A DNA stretch of 64,000 bases from an uncultured Bacilli bacterium (GTDB taxonomy: Bacteria > Bacillota_I > Bacilli_A > RF39 > UBA660): positions 709-64,708 of the forward strand of contig CANROB010000004.1 of NCBI GenBank assembly GCA_947632115.1, written 5' to 3'. This document shows positions 1 through 9,598 of the stretch, piece after piece; position 1 is the stretch's first letter; each line of letters begins with the position of its first letter. The notes under the pieces were generated by a model, which had not been told where the DNA came from, searched no databases, and saw nothing but the letters and a program-made list of their open reading frames with translations. The position numbers and the translations under genes were made by a program.

Positions 1-547
1 CACTCGCATTAATAGCCACTTTAGCGTTATTATCGGAAGCAATCTTTTTAACCCGATCGCCAATCACACCAGGTTGAGTAGCCATCGCTAAATGAATACG
101 GGAAGGATCATAAACTACCGTGATATAGTAGGTACTACCCTCTTCCTCAAAAGAAAAGATTTTATAGGTATCATTATCACTATCTTTCTTTAAAATTTGT
201 TCCTCATACTTAGACTCGTAATGGTCTGTTTCATAACTTCCAATGACAATGGCATCGGTATCTGTTTCCTCTTCAATTTCAATCACTGTATTTTCATCTA
301 ATACTTCTTGAATGGTATCCTCATTATAGATCATCCTAGCAAGATATTTATGATTCATCGTCGACATAGAAGTTGTAATTAACCAGTTACGAAAGTTTTT
401 ATTAGGACCATATGCAAGTACAAGACAAGAAATAGCTCCCAAATCTAACAAAAGAAAAAAGAGGACAACCCAAAGGCGAAAACACTTTTGTTTTTTCTTT
501 TTCTTTCTTTTTTCTTGTACTTTTTCTTCTTTTATTTCTTCTTCCAT
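1..547 (-). CDS. Partial CDS (N-terminal ~182 aa, runs off window): membrane-anchored protein, possibly phosphodiester glycosidase (DUF2233/NAGPA-like) family
   Basis: Absent from the ORF track because the window edge truncates it. ATG at 545-547 directly abuts the TAA (548-550) of the upstream gene. My translation: MEEEIKEEKVQEKRKKKKKQKCFRLWVVLFFLLLDLGAISCLVLAYGPNKNF... (Lys-rich tail, one TM helix), ending ...GDRVKKIASDNNAKVAINAS at the edge. The family call is from memory of similar proteins only. Confidence 0.4.
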   Translation of the reverse strand, partial: MEEEIKEEKVQEKRKKKKKQKCFRLWVVLFFLLLDLGAISCLVLAYGPNKNFRNWLITTSMSTMNHKYLARMIYNEDTIQEVLDENTVIEIEEETDTDAIVIGSYETDHYESKYEEQILKKDSDNDTYKIFSFEEEGSTYYITVVYDPSRIHLAMATQPGVIGDRVKKIASDNNAKVAINAS

Positions 548-1738
548 TTACTCACCTACTACATAAGGATTCTTTAGGTATCCTTTTCCTGATTGAACTT
601 TTAAGTCCCCTTTAAGGGTAAAAGATGGATAAATATCTAGTGGCGTTGTTGGGATTTCTTCATATAAGAATTTATCCTGATTAATAGCATAAATATTATT
701 TCCACTCTTAGCAAGTAAGAAACTATTAGGAAAATCAGTAATAAAGTAGTCTCCTACCGTTAACAGTCCGACATAACTAGAAACACTATTTTCTGCTACC
801 TCCTGATAATCAAAATGATATTCCCCATTCTTCCAAGCTGTCTTCACAACATCTTCTTGTTTCAGGGTCTCGTAATACTCATGATTTAAATAAGAACTTA
901 GGGAAGATGTTTTCTCATTATAATCATTAGAACCGGTAGAAAAAGGAATAGCAGCATCTAATTTCGATAGAGAAATCACCCTGATGTTCAAGTCATTCTT
1001 CTCTACTACTCGGAATAACTGGTTTTGATAACGAATATATTCTCCTACAAAAAGATCAGCTAAAGACTTTGTCTCTCGATCTTCTAAAATGTAAGGATTC
1101 TCACGAGTACCATCCCCACCCATATATTTTGTTTGTCCTTTTAATAGCAAAGTTGGTTTAATACCGATAAAAGCATCATAATTGGTAGGTTTTGTAATCT
1201 CCCCTTCTTTGGTAACAATAAGCCCCTGCTCATTATCTAAAATCCAAAAGTCTTCTCCTACTAAGAAAGAATCTTTTCCTCCCATTTTAGAAAACATTTC
1301 TTTGGTTAAAAGATCTACTTTTTGATTTGCTAGATATTGAGGATTAAGATTGGATAGATAAACCTCATTTAACCACTTATAAATATCAGAAGAGTTATAG
1401 TCTAGCGCAATCCCATATTTTAAATAGGTAACACAATCATCTGCAATCACCAAAAGATTTTCCTCATCAAAAGAAAGAATACGATAGAGGATACCACTAT
1501 AATATAAATAGTTATTAGAAGCAAAAGCATCAAAATAATATTGATTTTCTTGTTTTAAAAGTTTATTTTTCAAAAGATTTTCTTCTCTTGTTAAATATTC
1601 TATCATGGTATAAACTGTATTTTTATTTCCTTGTTCTAATTGATAAAAATGAATAAGGCGATATCCATAGAAAAGAACCATTCCACTTAAGAATAGAACA
1701 CTTAAAAATACAATGCCTTTTCGAAATAGATACTTCAT
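548..1738 (-). CDS. Hypothetical N-terminally membrane-anchored protein
   Basis: ORF track 548-1807. I prefer the ATG at 1736-1738 (MKYLFRKGIVFLSVLFLSGMVLFYGY...) because a GGTGG Shine-Dalgarno lies just upstream. One TM helix and no motif I recognise. The stop abuts the next start, suggesting an operon. Confidence 0.6.
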   Translation of the reverse strand: MKYLFRKGIVFLSVLFLSGMVLFYGYRLIHFYQLEQGNKNTVYTMIEYLTREENLLKNKLLKQENQYYFDAFASNNYLYYSGILYRILSFDEENLLVIADDCVTYLKYGIALDYNSSDIYKWLNEVYLSNLNPQYLANQKVDLLTKEMFSKMGGKDSFLVGEDFWILDNEQGLIVTKEGEITKPTNYDAFIGIKPTLLLKGQTKYMGGDGTRENPYILEDRETKSLADLFVGEYIRYQNQLFRVVEKNDLNIRVISLSKLDAAIPFSTGSNDYNEKTSSLSSYLNHEYYETLKQEDVVKTAWKNGEYHFDYQEVAENSVSSYVGLLTVGDYFITDFPNSFLLAKSGNNIYAINQDKFLYEEIPTTPLDIYPSFTLKGDLKVQSGKGYLKNPYVVGE

Positions 1739-1838
1739 ACTACCACCTATCATATATCCCATTATAGTATAAATACCCACTTTTTTCAACAAACCAAAAA
1801 GGCACAAAAAAACTAGGTTTCCCTAGTTTATTTTCATT

Positions 1839-1927
1839 TGGTGCCTAAGGCCGGACTTGAACCGGCACGGGATTTGACTCCCGCAGGATTTTAAGTCCTG
1901 TGCGTCTACCAATTTCGCCACTCAGGC
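1839..1927 (-). tRNA. tRNA-Leu (anticodon UAA)
   Basis: Reverse complement GCCTGAGTGGCGAAATTGGTAGACGCACAGGACTTAAAATCCTG...GGTTCAAGTCCGGCCTTAGGCACCA. Acceptor GCCTGAG/CTTAGGC, anticodon loop CTTAAAA, long variable arm, encoded CCA. Confidence 0.9.
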
Positions 1928-1932
1928 ACGAA

Positions 1933-2008
1933 TGGTGTCCCGTTGGAGATTCGAACTCCAGACCCTTTGATTAAAAGTCAAATGCTCTACCGACTGAGCT
2001 AACGGAAC
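1933..2008 (-). tRNA. tRNA-Lys (anticodon UUU)
   Basis: Reverse complement GTTCCGTTAGCTCAGTCGGTAGAGCATTTGACTTTTAATCAAAGGGTCTGGAGTTCGAATCTCCAACGGGACACCA. Anticodon stem TTTGA/TCAAA, loop CTTTTAA, encoded CCA. Confidence 0.9.
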
Positions 2009-2021
2009 AAAACAACAAAGA

Positions 2022-2096
2022 TGGCTGCCTTGGCTAGATTCGAACTAGCGCATGCCACAGTCAAAGTGTGGTGCCTTACCACTTGGCTACAAGGCA
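2022..2096 (-). tRNA. tRNA-Gln (anticodon UUG)
   Basis: Reverse complement TGCCTTGTAGCCAAGTGGTAAGGCACCACACTTTGACTGTGGCATGCGCTAGTTCGAATCTAGCCAAGGCAGCCA. Anticodon stem CCACA/TGTGG, loop CTTTGAC, U1-A72 acceptor typical of Gln. Confidence 0.9.
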
Positions 2097-2110
2097 ATAC
2101 TATTAAAAAG

Positions 2111-2194
2111 TGGTGGAGGGAGATGGAGTCGAACCATCGAACCCGAAGGAACAGATTTACAGTCTGCCGCGTTTGACCACTTCGCTATCCCTCC
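2111..2194 (-). tRNA. tRNA-Tyr (anticodon GUA)
   Basis: Reverse complement GGAGGGATAGCGAAGTGGTCAAACGCGGCAGACTGTAAATCTGTTCCTTCGGGTTCGATGGTTCGACTCCATCTCCCTCCACCA. Anticodon loop CTGTAAA, extended variable arm, encoded CCA. Confidence 0.9.
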
Positions 2195-2201
2195 AAAAAA
2201 A

Positions 2202-2277
<76 letters not shown>

Positions 2278-2289
2278 AAAAAAAATAAA

Positions 2290-2366
2290 TGGTGGGCGAT
2301 ATAGGACTCGAACCTATGACCCCCTGCTTGTAAGGCAGGTGCTCTAACCAACTGAGCTAATCGCCC
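2290..2366 (-). tRNA. tRNA-Val (anticodon UAC)
   Basis: Reverse complement GGGCGATTAGCTCAGTTGGTTAGAGCACCTGCCTTACAAGCAGGGGGTCATAGGTTCGAGTCCTATATCGCCCACCA. Anticodon stem CCTGC/GCAGG, loop CTTACAA, encoded CCA. Confidence 0.9.
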
Positions 2367-2407
2367 GGAAAAAAACATTGACAGTATAAAATATATCATA
2401 GCAGGTC

Positions 2408-2785
2408 TTATTTGTCAATACTATTCGCGGTATTTTTTATTTTTTTGACACCCTCTTCAATCCATAGAGGTAGGTGATACGCAAGAGTCGAAAATCCTAG
2501 GCTTGTTTCTTGAATTCTCCTTCTTCTTGCCACACCGCTTTTTTTATACTCGATATTCTTAATACTTAACTTTAATTGTCCTAGATTTTCATCGACATCT
2601 AGAATCTCTACGTTGATGACATCGCCAATATTTACATAATCTGCCACGTTTTTTACAAATCCGTGAGAAATCTCGGAAATATGAATTAATCCACTATAAT
2701 ACTCATCACAAGAAACAAAAACACCATAAGATTCAATCCCTGTTACTGTTCCTCGGATGATATTTCCTTTTTTATATTTCGTCAT
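2408..2785 (-). CDS. S1 RNA-binding domain protein (general stress protein 13 / YugI-CvfD-like)
   Basis: S1 fold pattern GNIIRGTVTGIESYGVFV...GLIHISEISHGFVKNVADYVNIGDVINVEILDVDE..GQLKLSIK. Start moved to MTKYKKG (ATG 2783-2785), which has a GGTGGTTGG SD; the track ORF extends to 2812. Confidence 0.8.
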   Translation of the reverse strand: MTKYKKGNIIRGTVTGIESYGVFVSCDEYYSGLIHISEISHGFVKNVADYVNIGDVINVEILDVDENLGQLKLSIKNIEYKKSGVARRRRIQETSLGFSTLAYHLPLWIEEGVKKIKNTANSIDK

Positions 2786-2877
2786 CCAACCACCAAATTC
2801 ATTATAACACATTAAAAAAAATAAGAAAAGCCTTTACTTTCTAGGAGATGTCCTTTATAATAACTATCGGTGATACC

Positions 2878-3132
2878 ATGAAAACGGAAGAAAAAATAAA
2901 AGAAATTTTAGATAAGTTAAGACCATTTCTAGCAAGTGATGGCGGAGATTTAGAATTTGTCAAATATGAAGATCACATTGTTTACATCCGAATGATGGGC
3001 GCGTGCGCAAACTGTGGCATGATTGATTTTACCTTAAAAGATGGAATTGAGGCAGCGATTCAAGAAGAAATCCCTGAAGTAGAAGCAGTTTATAATATGG
3101 GACCTTATGATTTAGATTTAGATGATATGTAA
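2878..3132 (+). CDS. NifU-like (Nfu C-terminal domain, YutI-like) Fe-S cluster scaffold/carrier
   Basis: LRPFLASDGGDLEFV...MMGACANCGM (CxxC) is typical of the Nfu domain. Start at MKTEEK (2878) follows a GGTGA SD; the track ORF starts at 2848. Confidence 0.8.
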   Translation: MKTEEKIKEILDKLRPFLASDGGDLEFVKYEDHIVYIRMMGACANCGMIDFTLKDGIEAAIQEEIPEVEAVYNMGPYDLDLDDM

Positions 3133-3156
3133 AATGCCTTTGGGCATTTTTTATTT
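3131..3156 (+). terminator. Rho-independent terminator after the NifU-like gene
   Basis: AAAATGCC-TTTG-GGCATTTT hairpin followed by a T-run, immediately after the stop codon. Confidence 0.7.
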
Positions 3157-3987
3157 GTCTATTAACCAGTCTATTTTAGGTAAAAACACGACTTTTTGAA
3201 AAAGATAGTAGAGATCTTTTAAAAAATCTTCATAGGCATCTACTTTTTCTAAGTATCTATCTAGGCAATGGTTATCCCCACCCTTTACAATGGTATCATA
3301 GCAATCAAAGTAGTAGGATGGATAAAGCATTCTAGCATAAAAAAGAAGATAATCTTGAGGTTCAAAATGCGTACGGTAAAAATAGAGTAGCAAGTCCTCC
3401 ATTTGAAATTTTCCTTCAAAAAATTTTATTTTGATATATTCTGCTAAATCCCTGACACGATAATCTACAGTATAATTTAAGGGATTCCAATAATCAAAAT
3501 CATCTGTCATACGATTATGGGCAATATAAAGAGGATGCTCTTTTTTGATGACTTGATAAAAGGAAATCGCATTTTCCGTCATGCCTTCATAGTAAAAGAA
3601 ACTACTTAATAGTTTTTCATCTGTTACCGTTTCCATATATCGTTCATAGTAATCTACCTTATTCATCCATAATTCATTCCAGGGTAGAATGGCACTCTTA
3701 AACATAGGAATTTGAAATTGTTCTAATACTTGCAGGCGAATAGGCATTACCGGATGCGTTTTTAAAAGAATATATGGTTTTTGATCAAGTGTGGTTATCA
3801 TTTCATGTTCTCGGTTCGGCACAATATCATAAAGAGGATACCCCCATGCCTTTAGTTGCTCGTAAAGTGAAAGTGGAATTTCATGCGCTAAGGGAACAAG
3901 GCAATAATCCTGAAAAAAATATCTAGAATCTTCATATGTTAAGTCTTCTACTTCTAATTCATAATAGTAGCGAATGGCATTTCTCAT
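3151..3987 (-). CDS. Hypothetical; possibly YutH/CotS-family (kinase-fold) spore-coat-associated protein
   Basis: 278-aa ORF with good coding character. The N-terminal pattern and its position next to a yutI-like gene recall Bacillus yutH. This is recollection only, with no catalytic motif verified. Confidence 0.35.
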   Translation of the reverse strand: MRNAIRYYYELEVEDLTYEDSRYFFQDYCLVPLAHEIPLSLYEQLKAWGYPLYDIVPNREHEMITTLDQKPYILLKTHPVMPIRLQVLEQFQIPMFKSAILPWNELWMNKVDYYERYMETVTDEKLLSSFFYYEGMTENAISFYQVIKKEHPLYIAHNRMTDDFDYWNPLNYTVDYRVRDLAEYIKIKFFEGKFQMEDLLLYFYRTHFEPQDYLLFYARMLYPSYYFDCYDTIVKGGDNHCLDRYLEKVDAYEDFLKDLYYLFQKVVFLPKIDWLIDK

Positions 3988-4026
3988 ATCATATTTTATA
4001 CAAAAAAAAAGGATATATTCTTTATC

Positions 4027-4767
4027 TTAATAAAAAACATCCTTTAAATAAAGGCCACATGCTGGAGCCGTTTTACCAGATTGTGTTCGATCTTCTGCTT
4101 TTAAGATATTTAAAATATCTTGGCTTTTCCGTTTTCCTTCGCCAATTTCTATTAAAACGCCAACAATATTGCGAACCATGTAACGCATAAATCCTGTTCC
4201 CGTAATAGAGATGGTAAGACGGTTGATATTCTTTTTATCCCTTATGATTTTCGTGTTGAGAATGGTTCTTACATAATCTTCTTTTTCCTCATCTGCTTTC
4301 GTAAAAGATTTAAAGTTATGTGTTCCTTCTAGGTATTTTAAGGCACGTTCCATTTCCATTACTTGAAGAGATTTATTATATTGGTAGACATAGTCTTTTT
4401 CAATAGGCGAATACTCTCCCATATTTATCTCATAAATATATTCTTTTGCTTTTACATCAAAACGAGCATGAAAGTTAGAATCTACTTTTTCTATTTTGGT
4501 GACATAAATATCTTTCGGAAGTAAGCTATTAATACTTCCCTGCAACCGATATAAATCCCATTCTTTTTCTAAATCAAAGTGAGCTTTTTGATGATAAGCA
4601 TGCACCCCTGCATCGGTTCTTCCAGAAGCATGAATCGATACTTTTTTTTCACTATTGATTTTGGTTAATACTTTCTCTACTTCACTTTGAATCGTCTTCA
4701 TTCGTGGCTGTTTTTGATATCCTTTATATCTGGATCCATCATAAGAAAATGTCATCAAATATCTCAT
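4027..4767 (-). CDS. truA: tRNA pseudouridine(38-40) synthase TruA
   Basis: FSYDGSRYKGYQKQP...GRTDAGVHA (catalytic Asp motif), about 245 aa, located downstream of ecfA genes as in many Firmicutes. AGGAGG SD. Confidence 0.9.
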   Translation of the reverse strand: MRYLMTFSYDGSRYKGYQKQPRMKTIQSEVEKVLTKINSEKKVSIHASGRTDAGVHAYHQKAHFDLEKEWDLYRLQGSINSLLPKDIYVTKIEKVDSNFHARFDVKAKEYIYEINMGEYSPIEKDYVYQYNKSLQVMEMERALKYLEGTHNFKSFTKADEEKEDYVRTILNTKIIRDKKNINRLTISITGTGFMRYMVRNIVGVLIEIGEGKRKSQDILNILKAEDRTQSGKTAPACGLYLKDVFY

Positions 4768-4776
4768 AAAGTCCTC

Positions 4777-5610
4777 CTAACTTTTTCGTAAGATTTCTTT
4801 TACTAAATCATTACGGTCACTTTGGTAATTTAGTTCTACTTTTTTTCTTTTTGCTACCTCTTTTTCAAAAAGAACCATCTTTGGTAAATCAATTCCCTCT
4901 TCTATAAGTTTATTAGCGTCTTTAAAAGCCTCTTTTTTCGTTCCTGTAAAAAGAAGTTTTCCCTCTTTTAAAACAATTAAGGAATCAGCTATTTGATTGA
5001 TAAAATCGACATCATGACTAGCAAGCAGAATCGTTTTTTTATACCGAGACTTTAATCTCGTTAAAAGACTAATTAAGGTTTGCTTACCCTCTTTATCTAG
5101 CCCAATGGTCGGTTCATCCCATAAAAGAACTTGGGGATTATAAGAAAGAGCAATGGCTAGACTAATTAATCTTGCTTCTCCGCTACTAAGAGAAAATGGG
5201 TCTTTATCAAGATAAGAAGAGTGGAGCCCTACAATTTCTAAGGCATCTTCCATATGTTTTCTTCTTTTTGCAGGATTATAGTTATATTTTTCTAAAACAG
5301 AAAAGAATTCCTTTAGAATAGAATCATAGGCAAAATTACTCTCAGGATGACTAGGAATATAGGCAATCTTACTATTATATTCTAATACGTTAGAAAAAAT
5401 TCCTCTTTGGGTGATTTCTTCTTTTCCAACAAGAATACTTCCTTCCTTAGGAAGTTTTTTTAACTTCAAAAGATCAAAAATAGTCGTCTTACCAGAAGCC
5501 GTTGGACCAATAATAGCCGTAATTTTTCCGCTATCCACTTTGAAAGTAAGATCTTGTAAAATGTTTTTTTCTTTCATTACACAAGAGACATGATCAAATT
5601 TTATTTCCAT
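4777..5610 (-). CDS. ecfA2: Energy-coupling-factor (ECF) transporter ATPase, EcfA2-type
   Basis: Walker A GPTASGKTT, ABC signature LSSGEAR, Walker B LLWDEPT. Overlaps the upstream ecfA1 by 10 nt. Confidence 0.85.
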   Translation of the reverse strand: MEIKFDHVSCVMKEKNILQDLTFKVDSGKITAIIGPTASGKTTIFDLLKLKKLPKEGSILVGKEEITQRGIFSNVLEYNSKIAYIPSHPESNFAYDSILKEFFSVLEKYNYNPAKRRKHMEDALEIVGLHSSYLDKDPFSLSSGEARLISLAIALSYNPQVLLWDEPTIGLDKEGKQTLISLLTRLKSRYKKTILLASHDVDFINQIADSLIVLKEGKLLFTGTKKEAFKDANKLIEEGIDLPKMVLFEKEVAKRKKVELNYQSDRNDLVKEILRKS

Positions 5611-6401
5611 AGTTCATCCACCAACTTCTTTTCAGAAATTTCTATTCCTTTTATTTTATCATAATAACGTAACTTATTCGATAAATCAGCTATTAGAGGA
5701 AGTTCTAATTGGTGTTCCTTAAAATCTTTTTCTTGTTGTAAAGCTTCCTTGACAGGGCCTAAAAACACCACTTCTCCCTCTCCTAATAAAATAACTTGAT
5801 TTCCGTAAAAAACATCTTCTGAATCGTGAGTAATATGTAAAATAGTAAGACCTTCTTTCATCTCTTCTTTAAGAAGTTTAAAAATTTTATCTTTCATTTT
5901 ATGGTCTACTTGAGAAAATGCTTCGTCTAAAATGAGAAGTTTGGGTTTCGTAATAAGAGCAGCAAGGAAAGCAACAATTTGAGCTTCACCATCACTTAGA
6001 CTAGAAAGTCGTCTAGTAAGATAGGCATCTACCCCATATTTTTTTGCTATTGCCTTTACTTCGTTTGTAGGGTTTAAAACTCCTTTACACTTCAACTCAA
6101 AGGCTAACTCTTTAAAAACGGTATCCGTTACAAAACTATCTCGTTCAAAATCCGTGACTAATTTTGCCACTTTTCTAATTTCTTCTATATTTTTAGGATT
6201 TAAAAATTTTCCATCTACTTTGACATAATCATGAGAATATTCAAGACCAATTAAAATGCGAGCAAGCGTTGATTTTCCACTACCAGTAGGGCCTAAAAGG
6301 GTATAGATATTCCCACTAGTAAGAGTAAGTTTTAGATTCGTAAAGATTGGTCTATTCGTATAGGTAAAAGAAAAATTTTCGATTTCTACTATTTTTCCCA
6401 T
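5601..6401 (-). CDS. ecfA1: Energy-coupling-factor (ECF) transporter ATPase, EcfA1-type
   Basis: Walker A GPTGSGKST, signature LSDGEAQ, Walker B LILDEA, H-loop ITHD. Preferred start ATG 6399-6401 (MGKIVEIENF) with a GGTGAG SD; the track begins at an upstream GTG (6413). Confidence 0.85.
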   Translation of the reverse strand: MGKIVEIENFSFTYTNRPIFTNLKLTLTSGNIYTLLGPTGSGKSTLARILIGLEYSHDYVKVDGKFLNPKNIEEIRKVAKLVTDFERDSFVTDTVFKELAFELKCKGVLNPTNEVKAIAKKYGVDAYLTRRLSSLSDGEAQIVAFLAALITKPKLLILDEAFSQVDHKMKDKIFKLLKEEMKEGLTILHITHDSEDVFYGNQVILLGEGEVVFLGPVKEALQQEKDFKEHQLELPLIADLSNKLRYYDKIKGIEISEKKLVDELWK

Positions 6402-6494
6402 ATTTCTCACCACAGCCCTTATTATAATAATTGATATACAAAAAGTAAAGGAATTTTGAAATGGTTTTGCAAGAAAATTTTATGCACATTTCTG

Positions 6495-6522
6495 TTGAAA
6501 AGAAAGTTCCCTATGTTATAAT
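6495..6522 (+). promoter_or_regulatory. Predicted sigma-A promoter of fhs
   Basis: TTGAAA (6495-6500), 16-nt spacer, extended -10 TGTTATAAT (TATAAT 6517-6522), 18 nt upstream of the fhs ATG. Confidence 0.55.
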
Positions 6523-6540
6523 TTTACTAGAGGTGAAACT

Positions 6541-8190
6541 ATGAAAACAGATATTGAAATTGCTCAAGAAGCAAAATTACTTCCTCTTTTAAAAGTAGCT
6601 AAAAAAGTAGGAATAGAAAAAGAAGAACTAGAGTATTATGGCGCAAATAAAGCAAAATTAAATATAAAAAAGAAAAGAAACGGCAAAGGAAAACTTATTT
6701 TGGTTACTTCCACAAATCCTACTCCTTATGGGGAGGGAAAAACAACTATGAGTATTGGAATTGCCGATGCCTTATGGCGATTAAAAAAGAAGACAATTGT
6801 CGCCCTAAGAGAACCTTCTTTAGGACCTGTTTTTGGCATGAAAGGAGGAGCTACTGGAGGCGGATTTGCGCAGGTTGTTCCAATGGAAGATATTAATCTT
6901 CATTTTACTGGCGATATCCATGCCATTACGGCTTGTAACAATTTACTTTGTGCAGCAATTGATAATCACTTATTTCAAGGAAATGAACTAGAAATTGATG
7001 AGACAACGATTCGTTTTCCAAGAGCTATGGATATGAATGACCGGGCTCTTAGAAATATAAGAGTGGGGGAAGGAAAAAACAATTTTGAGAGAAAAGATTC
7101 TTTTGTCATTACGGTTGCTTCTGAGATTATGGCAATATTCTGTTTAGCGAGTGACTTAGACGATTTAAAAAAACGGCTTGGGAATATCCTCATAGCCTAT
7201 AATAAAAAGGGAAATCCAGTATACGCCAAAGATTTAAAAATAGCAGGTGCCTTAACGCTTCTTTTAAAAGATGCCATAAAGCCTAATCTAGTTCAAACCC
7301 TAGAGGGAAATCCCGCTATTATTCATGGTGGCCCTTTTGCGAATATTGCTCATGGTTGTAACTCTATGATTGCGACAAAACTCTCTTTAAGTCTTGCCGA
7401 TTATGTCGTTACCGAAGCAGGTTTTGGTAGTGACTTAGGAGCCGAGAAATTTCTAGATTTAAAATGCCAATTAGGAAAATTAAAACCAGATGTAATTGTT
7501 GTGAATGCAACCATTCGTAGTATGAAATATAATGGACTTTGTCCAAAAGAAGAATTAACAGAAGAAAATCTTACTTACCTTGAAAAAGGAATTGAGAACT
7601 TAGATGTTCATATTGAAAACATGAAAAAAATTTGTAATCATGTCGTTGTCTGCTTAAATCATTTTTATAAAGATACAGAAAAAGAAATTGCTTTTGTAAA
7701 AGAACATGTCTTAAAAAAAGGCGTACCATTTTATGTCTCTAAAGCATTTGAGGAAGGCGGAAAAGGTTCGCTAGAATTAGCGCAAGGAATTGTCGAGTTA
7801 GCTAATCAAAAAAGTACTTTCCACCCTATTTATGATTTAAAGGATACCACAGTTGATAAAATTGAAAAGGTAGCTCATGAAATTTACCGAGCTAAAAAAG
7901 TTGTCTATGAAGACCGCGCGAAAGAATCTCTTCAAAAAATAGAATCTCTAGGTGTTCAGAATTTACCAATTTGTATTGCGAAAACACAGTATTCCTTAAG
8001 TGATGATCCTAAAAAATTAGGGCATCCTAAAGATTTTGAAGTGACTGTCCGTGATGTCAAACTTTGTTCAGGAGCTGGATTTATCGTTGTTTATATGGGA
8101 AGTATTATGACAATGCCAGGATTATCGAAAACACCGGCTTATGAAAAGATGGATATTCATAAAGACGGAACCATTATTGGTTTATTTTAA
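6541..8190 (+). CDS. fhs: Formate--tetrahydrofolate ligase
   Basis: 549 aa, MKTDIEIAQEA..., P-loop TPYGEGKTT and the GGPFANIAHG motif characteristic of FTHFS. GAGGTG SD. Confidence 0.95.
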   Translation: MKTDIEIAQEAKLLPLLKVAKKVGIEKEELEYYGANKAKLNIKKKRNGKGKLILVTSTNPTPYGEGKTTMSIGIADALWRLKKKTIVALREPSLGPVFGMKGGATGGGFAQVVPMEDINLHFTGDIHAITACNNLLCAAIDNHLFQGNELEIDETTIRFPRAMDMNDRALRNIRVGEGKNNFERKDSFVITVASEIMAIFCLASDLDDLKKRLGNILIAYNKKGNPVYAKDLKIAGALTLLLKDAIKPNLVQTLEGNPAIIHGGPFANIAHGCNSMIATKLSLSLADYVVTEAGFGSDLGAEKFLDLKCQLGKLKPDVIVVNATIRSMKYNGLCPKEELTEENLTYLEKGIENLDVHIENMKKICNHVVVCLNHFYKDTEKEIAFVKEHVLKKGVPFYVSKAFEEGGKGSLELAQGIVELANQKSTFHPIYDLKDTTVDKIEKVAHEIYRAKKVVYEDRAKESLQKIESLGVQNLPICIAKTQYSLSDDPKKLGHPKDFEVTVRDVKLCSGAGFIVVYMGSIMTMPGLSKTPAYEKMDIHKDGTIIGLF

Positions 8191-8195
8191 AAAAA

Positions 8196-8217
8196 GAAAA
8201 AGGCCTAGCCTTTTTTT
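8196..8217. terminator. Bidirectional terminator between fhs and pepD
   Basis: AAAAAGGC-CTA-GCCTTTTT hairpin flanked by an A-run and a T-run, lying between convergent stops. Confidence 0.65.
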
Positions 8218-9598
8218 ATTCCATATTTTTCAATGTTTCTTTTAACCATTCTAATACCCTATCCATGGATGCTTTTTCTACTTTTTCATGAATAGAGTGA
8301 ATATCATAGAGGTTCACACCTATTACACAAATGTCTAATCCTTTCATCTCTTGTGCGAAGATACCTCCCTCTAAGCCAGCATGTACGTCTTCTAAGGTAA
8401 TATTTTTCTGATATAACTCTTGATAAGTCTTGACTAATAGTTGACGAGTAGGAGAATCCTCTTGAAAAGTAAAGAATGGTTTTTTATCCTCTATTTGAAA
8501 CTTCAAATGATATCTTCTTGCAATTCTCTCAGCCCGACTTACATAAAAGTCTTCATACCCTACTAAAGAACTACGAATACTTAAGGCGATAGAAACTTCC
8601 TCTTGTTCGGTTTTAATAACGCCTAAATTACTAGAGGTAATAGGAAAGTCAACATCATTTCTCTTTAAGACACCGTTTTCTATTTTATCTAAAAATTGTA
8701 AAATTTCAACACTTTTCTTATTCTCAATCACCCTATCTCTTTGCTTCATCCGCCGATAATCCATTTTAATCTCTGGATATTCTAAGGAATAAAATTGTTT
8801 AAAGAATTGGTATTCCGCACTAAAATCATGAGAAGTATTAAAAATACATTTGATATCACTTGGAATAACGTTTTCTTTAGATCCACCATCAATAGATACA
8901 ATTTCGATATCTTCTATTCCCTCTAAGATATGGGCAAGAATTTTAATTGCATTTCCTCTATGGGAATCAATATCCACACCAGAATGTCCTCCTAAAAGGC
9001 CACTAATAGATAATTGATAAGAACTTTTTGCACTCGTTACTCTCTTAAAAGGAGCATGAACTGTTAAACTAGCCATCCCGGCACAGGAAACTTCTATTTT
9101 ATCCTCTTCTGTACCATCTAAACTGATAAGTCTTTTTCCTTTTAAATGTTTATAATTTAAGTTTTTCGCACCATTCATCGTCGTTTCTTCTTGGGTCGTA
9201 AAAACAGCTTCAATTGGTGGATGTTCTAACGAATCATCGGAAAGAAGAGAAAGAATTACGGCAACTCCCGCACCATTATCCGCACCAAGGCTACTTCTTT
9301 TGGCTTTATAATATCCATCCTCTAAAACCCATTCAATTCCCTTATTCGCAAAATCATAATCTTCTTCACTTGTACAAACCATATCCGTATGAGCTTGTAA
9401 AATGATTGGTTTTGAAATAAAAGGATGGGTTCCCTTCTTACGAATAATGACATTCGAATAATCATCTACTTCATAATCTAAATGATAGAGTTGGGCAAAA
9501 TGTACAAGATACCCAGCAATTTGATCTTCGTGCCCAGAAGGTCTTGGAATCTCTAAAATTTCTTCAAAAAAACGACTTGGACTTTTCTTTCTTGCCAT
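8216..9598 (-). CDS. pepD: Aminoacyl-histidine (Xaa-His) dipeptidase, M20 family PepD
   Basis: IPRPSGHE, HTDMV, GADNGAGVA and a C-terminal GLEGG motif resemble PepD. Start at MARKKSP (9596-9598) after an AGGTGA SD. Confidence 0.8.
   Translation of the reverse strand: MARKKSPSRFFEEILEIPRPSGHEDQIAGYLVHFAQLYHLDYEVDDYSNVIIRKKGTHPFISKPIILQAHTDMVCTSEEDYDFANKGIEWVLEDGYYKAKRSSLGADNGAGVAVILSLLSDDSLEHPPIEAVFTTQEETTMNGAKNLNYKHLKGKRLISLDGTEEDKIEVSCAGMASLTVHAPFKRVTSAKSSYQLSISGLLGGHSGVDIDSHRGNAIKILAHILEGIEDIEIVSIDGGSKENVIPSDIKCIFNTSHDFSAEYQFFKQFYSLEYPEIKMDYRRMKQRDRVIENKKSVEILQFLDKIENGVLKRNDVDFPITSSNLGVIKTEQEEVSIALSIRSSLVGYEDFYVSRAERIARRYHLKFQIEDKKPFFTFQEDSPTRQLLVKTYQELYQKNITLEDVHAGLEGGIFAQEMKGLDICVIGVNLYDIHSIHEKVEKASMDRVLEWLKETLKNME

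Noticed and set aside
481-540. Polypurine/poly-A tracts (481-540, 13400-13900) as repeats or a CRISPR-like array
   Set aside because: They are in-frame Lys/Glu-rich low-complexity coding sequence of the flanking ORFs. I saw no regularly spaced direct repeats anywhere in the window, and therefore no CRISPR array.
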